Source of the DNA: Pseudomonadota bacterium
GTDB lineage: Bacteria; Campylobacterota; Campylobacteria; Campylobacterales; Sulfurimonadaceae
NCBI GenBank assembly: GCA_043797085.1
Contig: JAZDQA010000012.1
Span: forward strand, 126,883-190,882
Direction: 5' to 3'
Length of the DNA: 64,000 bases
Shown here: positions 63,078 to 64,000 of the stretch, one piece after another
How the letters are laid out: each line of letters starts with the position of its first letter
Numbering within the stretch: position 1 is the first letter of the stretch
The notes under the pieces: generated by a model
What the model was told of the DNA's origin: nothing
The model's input: the letters and a program-made list of their open reading frames with translations, nothing else
The model's database searches: none
Program-made: the position numbers and the translations under genes

Positions 63078-63153
63078 TCTGCCTCTACAGAGGCAAGCTT
63101 TAGCAGCCCAAGCGGCTAGCGAAGCGAAAGGGATTCTATTCCTTTCGCATAAA
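63078..63153 (+). repeat. Dispersed hairpin element, subfamily 1, copy D
   Basis: TCTGCCTCT-AC-AGAGGCAAGCTTTAGCAGCCCAAGCGGCTAGCGAAG-CGAAAGGGA-TTCTAT-TCCTTTCG-CATAAA. Confidence 0.85.
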
Positions 63154-63250
63154 CATAGATGGGCGGGGTAAAAATATAGATAAAAGTAGTATTCTTTATG
63201 AAAATCTGCCCATTTTAACTCCGCCGTTGACAGCCGTGGATGGTGAGATT

Positions 63251-63514
63251 TTATTTTAGCTCTTTAAGCGGTATCAGTGCAACAAATAAAATATTAAAAA
63301 GAAGAATAAAGAATAAAATCCATACAAAAGAATCACAATTTCTACATAAAGAGTGAATTAACATTCCAACCAAGATGAAACCACCCATTGCAAAAAATGT
63401 ATTAATTACATATATCAGCAGTTTCGCACAACATGGAAATTTATATTTTTTGTTTTCTATATAGATTTCGTCTACAAAAATTAGCATTATTTTTTTGATT
63501 ATCATGCTATTCAT
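63251..63514 (-). CDS. AT-rich small membrane protein, unknown function
   Basis: 87-aa ORF, hydrophobic segments, AGGAAG upstream. Confidence 0.5.
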   Translation of the reverse strand: MNSMIIKKIMLIFVDEIYIENKKYKFPCCAKLLIYVINTFFAMGGFILVGMLIHSLCRNCDSFVWILFFILLFNILFVALIPLKELK

Positions 63515-63605
63515 AACTAACTTCCTAAAATAATTGAACGTGCAAAATCATCAATTTGTTTTGCTGTAAATCTAATATCACCATATTTGGAAGTCGTAGG
63601 AATAT

Positions 63606-63860
63606 TCAGTTGGTTTCATAATGAAGCATTTCTTGAATTGGAATAAACTTAACTATAGCTAATTCTAAAAGATAGCATACTGCTGTAATTAGTAAGATAC
63701 CGATACAAAATACGAGAAAAAAATTAATTGATAAATCGCTAAAAAAAGCAACCATGGCAGCTGTAAAGCCAAACAAAGCAAAGTATTCTAAAAACATTAT
63801 GATTATTCCAAAAATAATAAAATAAGGAATGAATATAAAAGTTGGGATTTTATAATAATT
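63606..63860 (-). pseudogene. 3' remnant of an AT-rich membrane-protein gene, probably cut by the IS
   Basis: Frame stays open and hydrophobic upstream of the ORF-track ATG (NYYKIPTFIFIPYFIIFGIII-MFLEY...) up to the IS end. Confidence 0.55.
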
Positions 63861-64000
63861 GGGAGCGTTAGAAATTCTGTGTCAATCCAGTAGAATATCA
63901 ACTACTCAAGGACAGACACATGGAACTAACACTAGATACACAGGCAATATTGCAACAAATTCGTGAGGGCAAAGCTCTCACAGGAAAAGATGGTGCGCTA
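63861..64000 (+). mobile_element. Left end of an IS256-family insertion sequence
   Basis: GGGAGCGTTAGAAATTCTGTGT resembles IS256-family terminal IRs; followed by a transposase start. Confidence 0.75.
63920..64000 (+). CDS. IS256-family transposase, N-terminus only
   Basis: AAGGA RBS; MELTLDTQAILQQIREGKALTGKDGAL, where GKxLTGKDG is typical of IS256-family N-termini. Confidence 0.72.
   Translation, partial: MELTLDTQAILQQIREGKALTGKDGAL

Noticed and set aside
10397..63153. Repeat family as a CRISPR array or integron attC sites
   Set aside because: Copies are solitary and dispersed among core genes; there is no spacer array, cas gene, integrase or cassette organisation.
10397..63153. Repeat family as a riboswitch or known self-cleaving ribozyme
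   Set aside because: Orientation relative to genes is mixed, neighbours are functionally unrelated, and no hammerhead, twister or pistol core motifs are visible by eye. A formal Rfam scan is still needed.

Overview
Core chromosomal window of a sulfur-oxidising Campylobacterota (epsilonproteobacterium). Gene content and order suggest a Sulfuricurvum/Sulfurimonas-like organism; this is an inference. Most of it is housekeeping: leuS/secDF/yajC, lnt, biotin carboxylase, cysK, uvrD-truB-csrA-ispE-smpB-corA, ffh-rpsP-rimM-trmD-rplS, waaA, ppk1, mnmA, flhF-flhG-fliA-fliM-fliY, aroQ/folK, xseA/ubiE/ribD, rimP-rbfA-infB-thrB-lpxC. It also holds a CheY-CheC-PAS/GGDEF cassette and a soxXYZAB operon extended by a porin, a SoxH-like hydrolase, a DsrE-like protein and a DUF302 protein. 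An AT-rich patch and the left end of an IS256-family element close the window. The most notable unexplained signal is a dispersed family of at least six 65-95 bp, mostly intergenic, elements in two subfamilies. They share a conserved linker (…AAGCT…AGCG(G)CTAGCGTAG) and terminus (CGTT(C/T)AA) around hairpins whose sequence differs in every copy while base pairing is kept, with G·T wobbles concentrated on one strand. A second, unrelated GC-rich structured-RNA candidate lies upstream of thrB. All calls come from reading motifs by eye; no database search was run.
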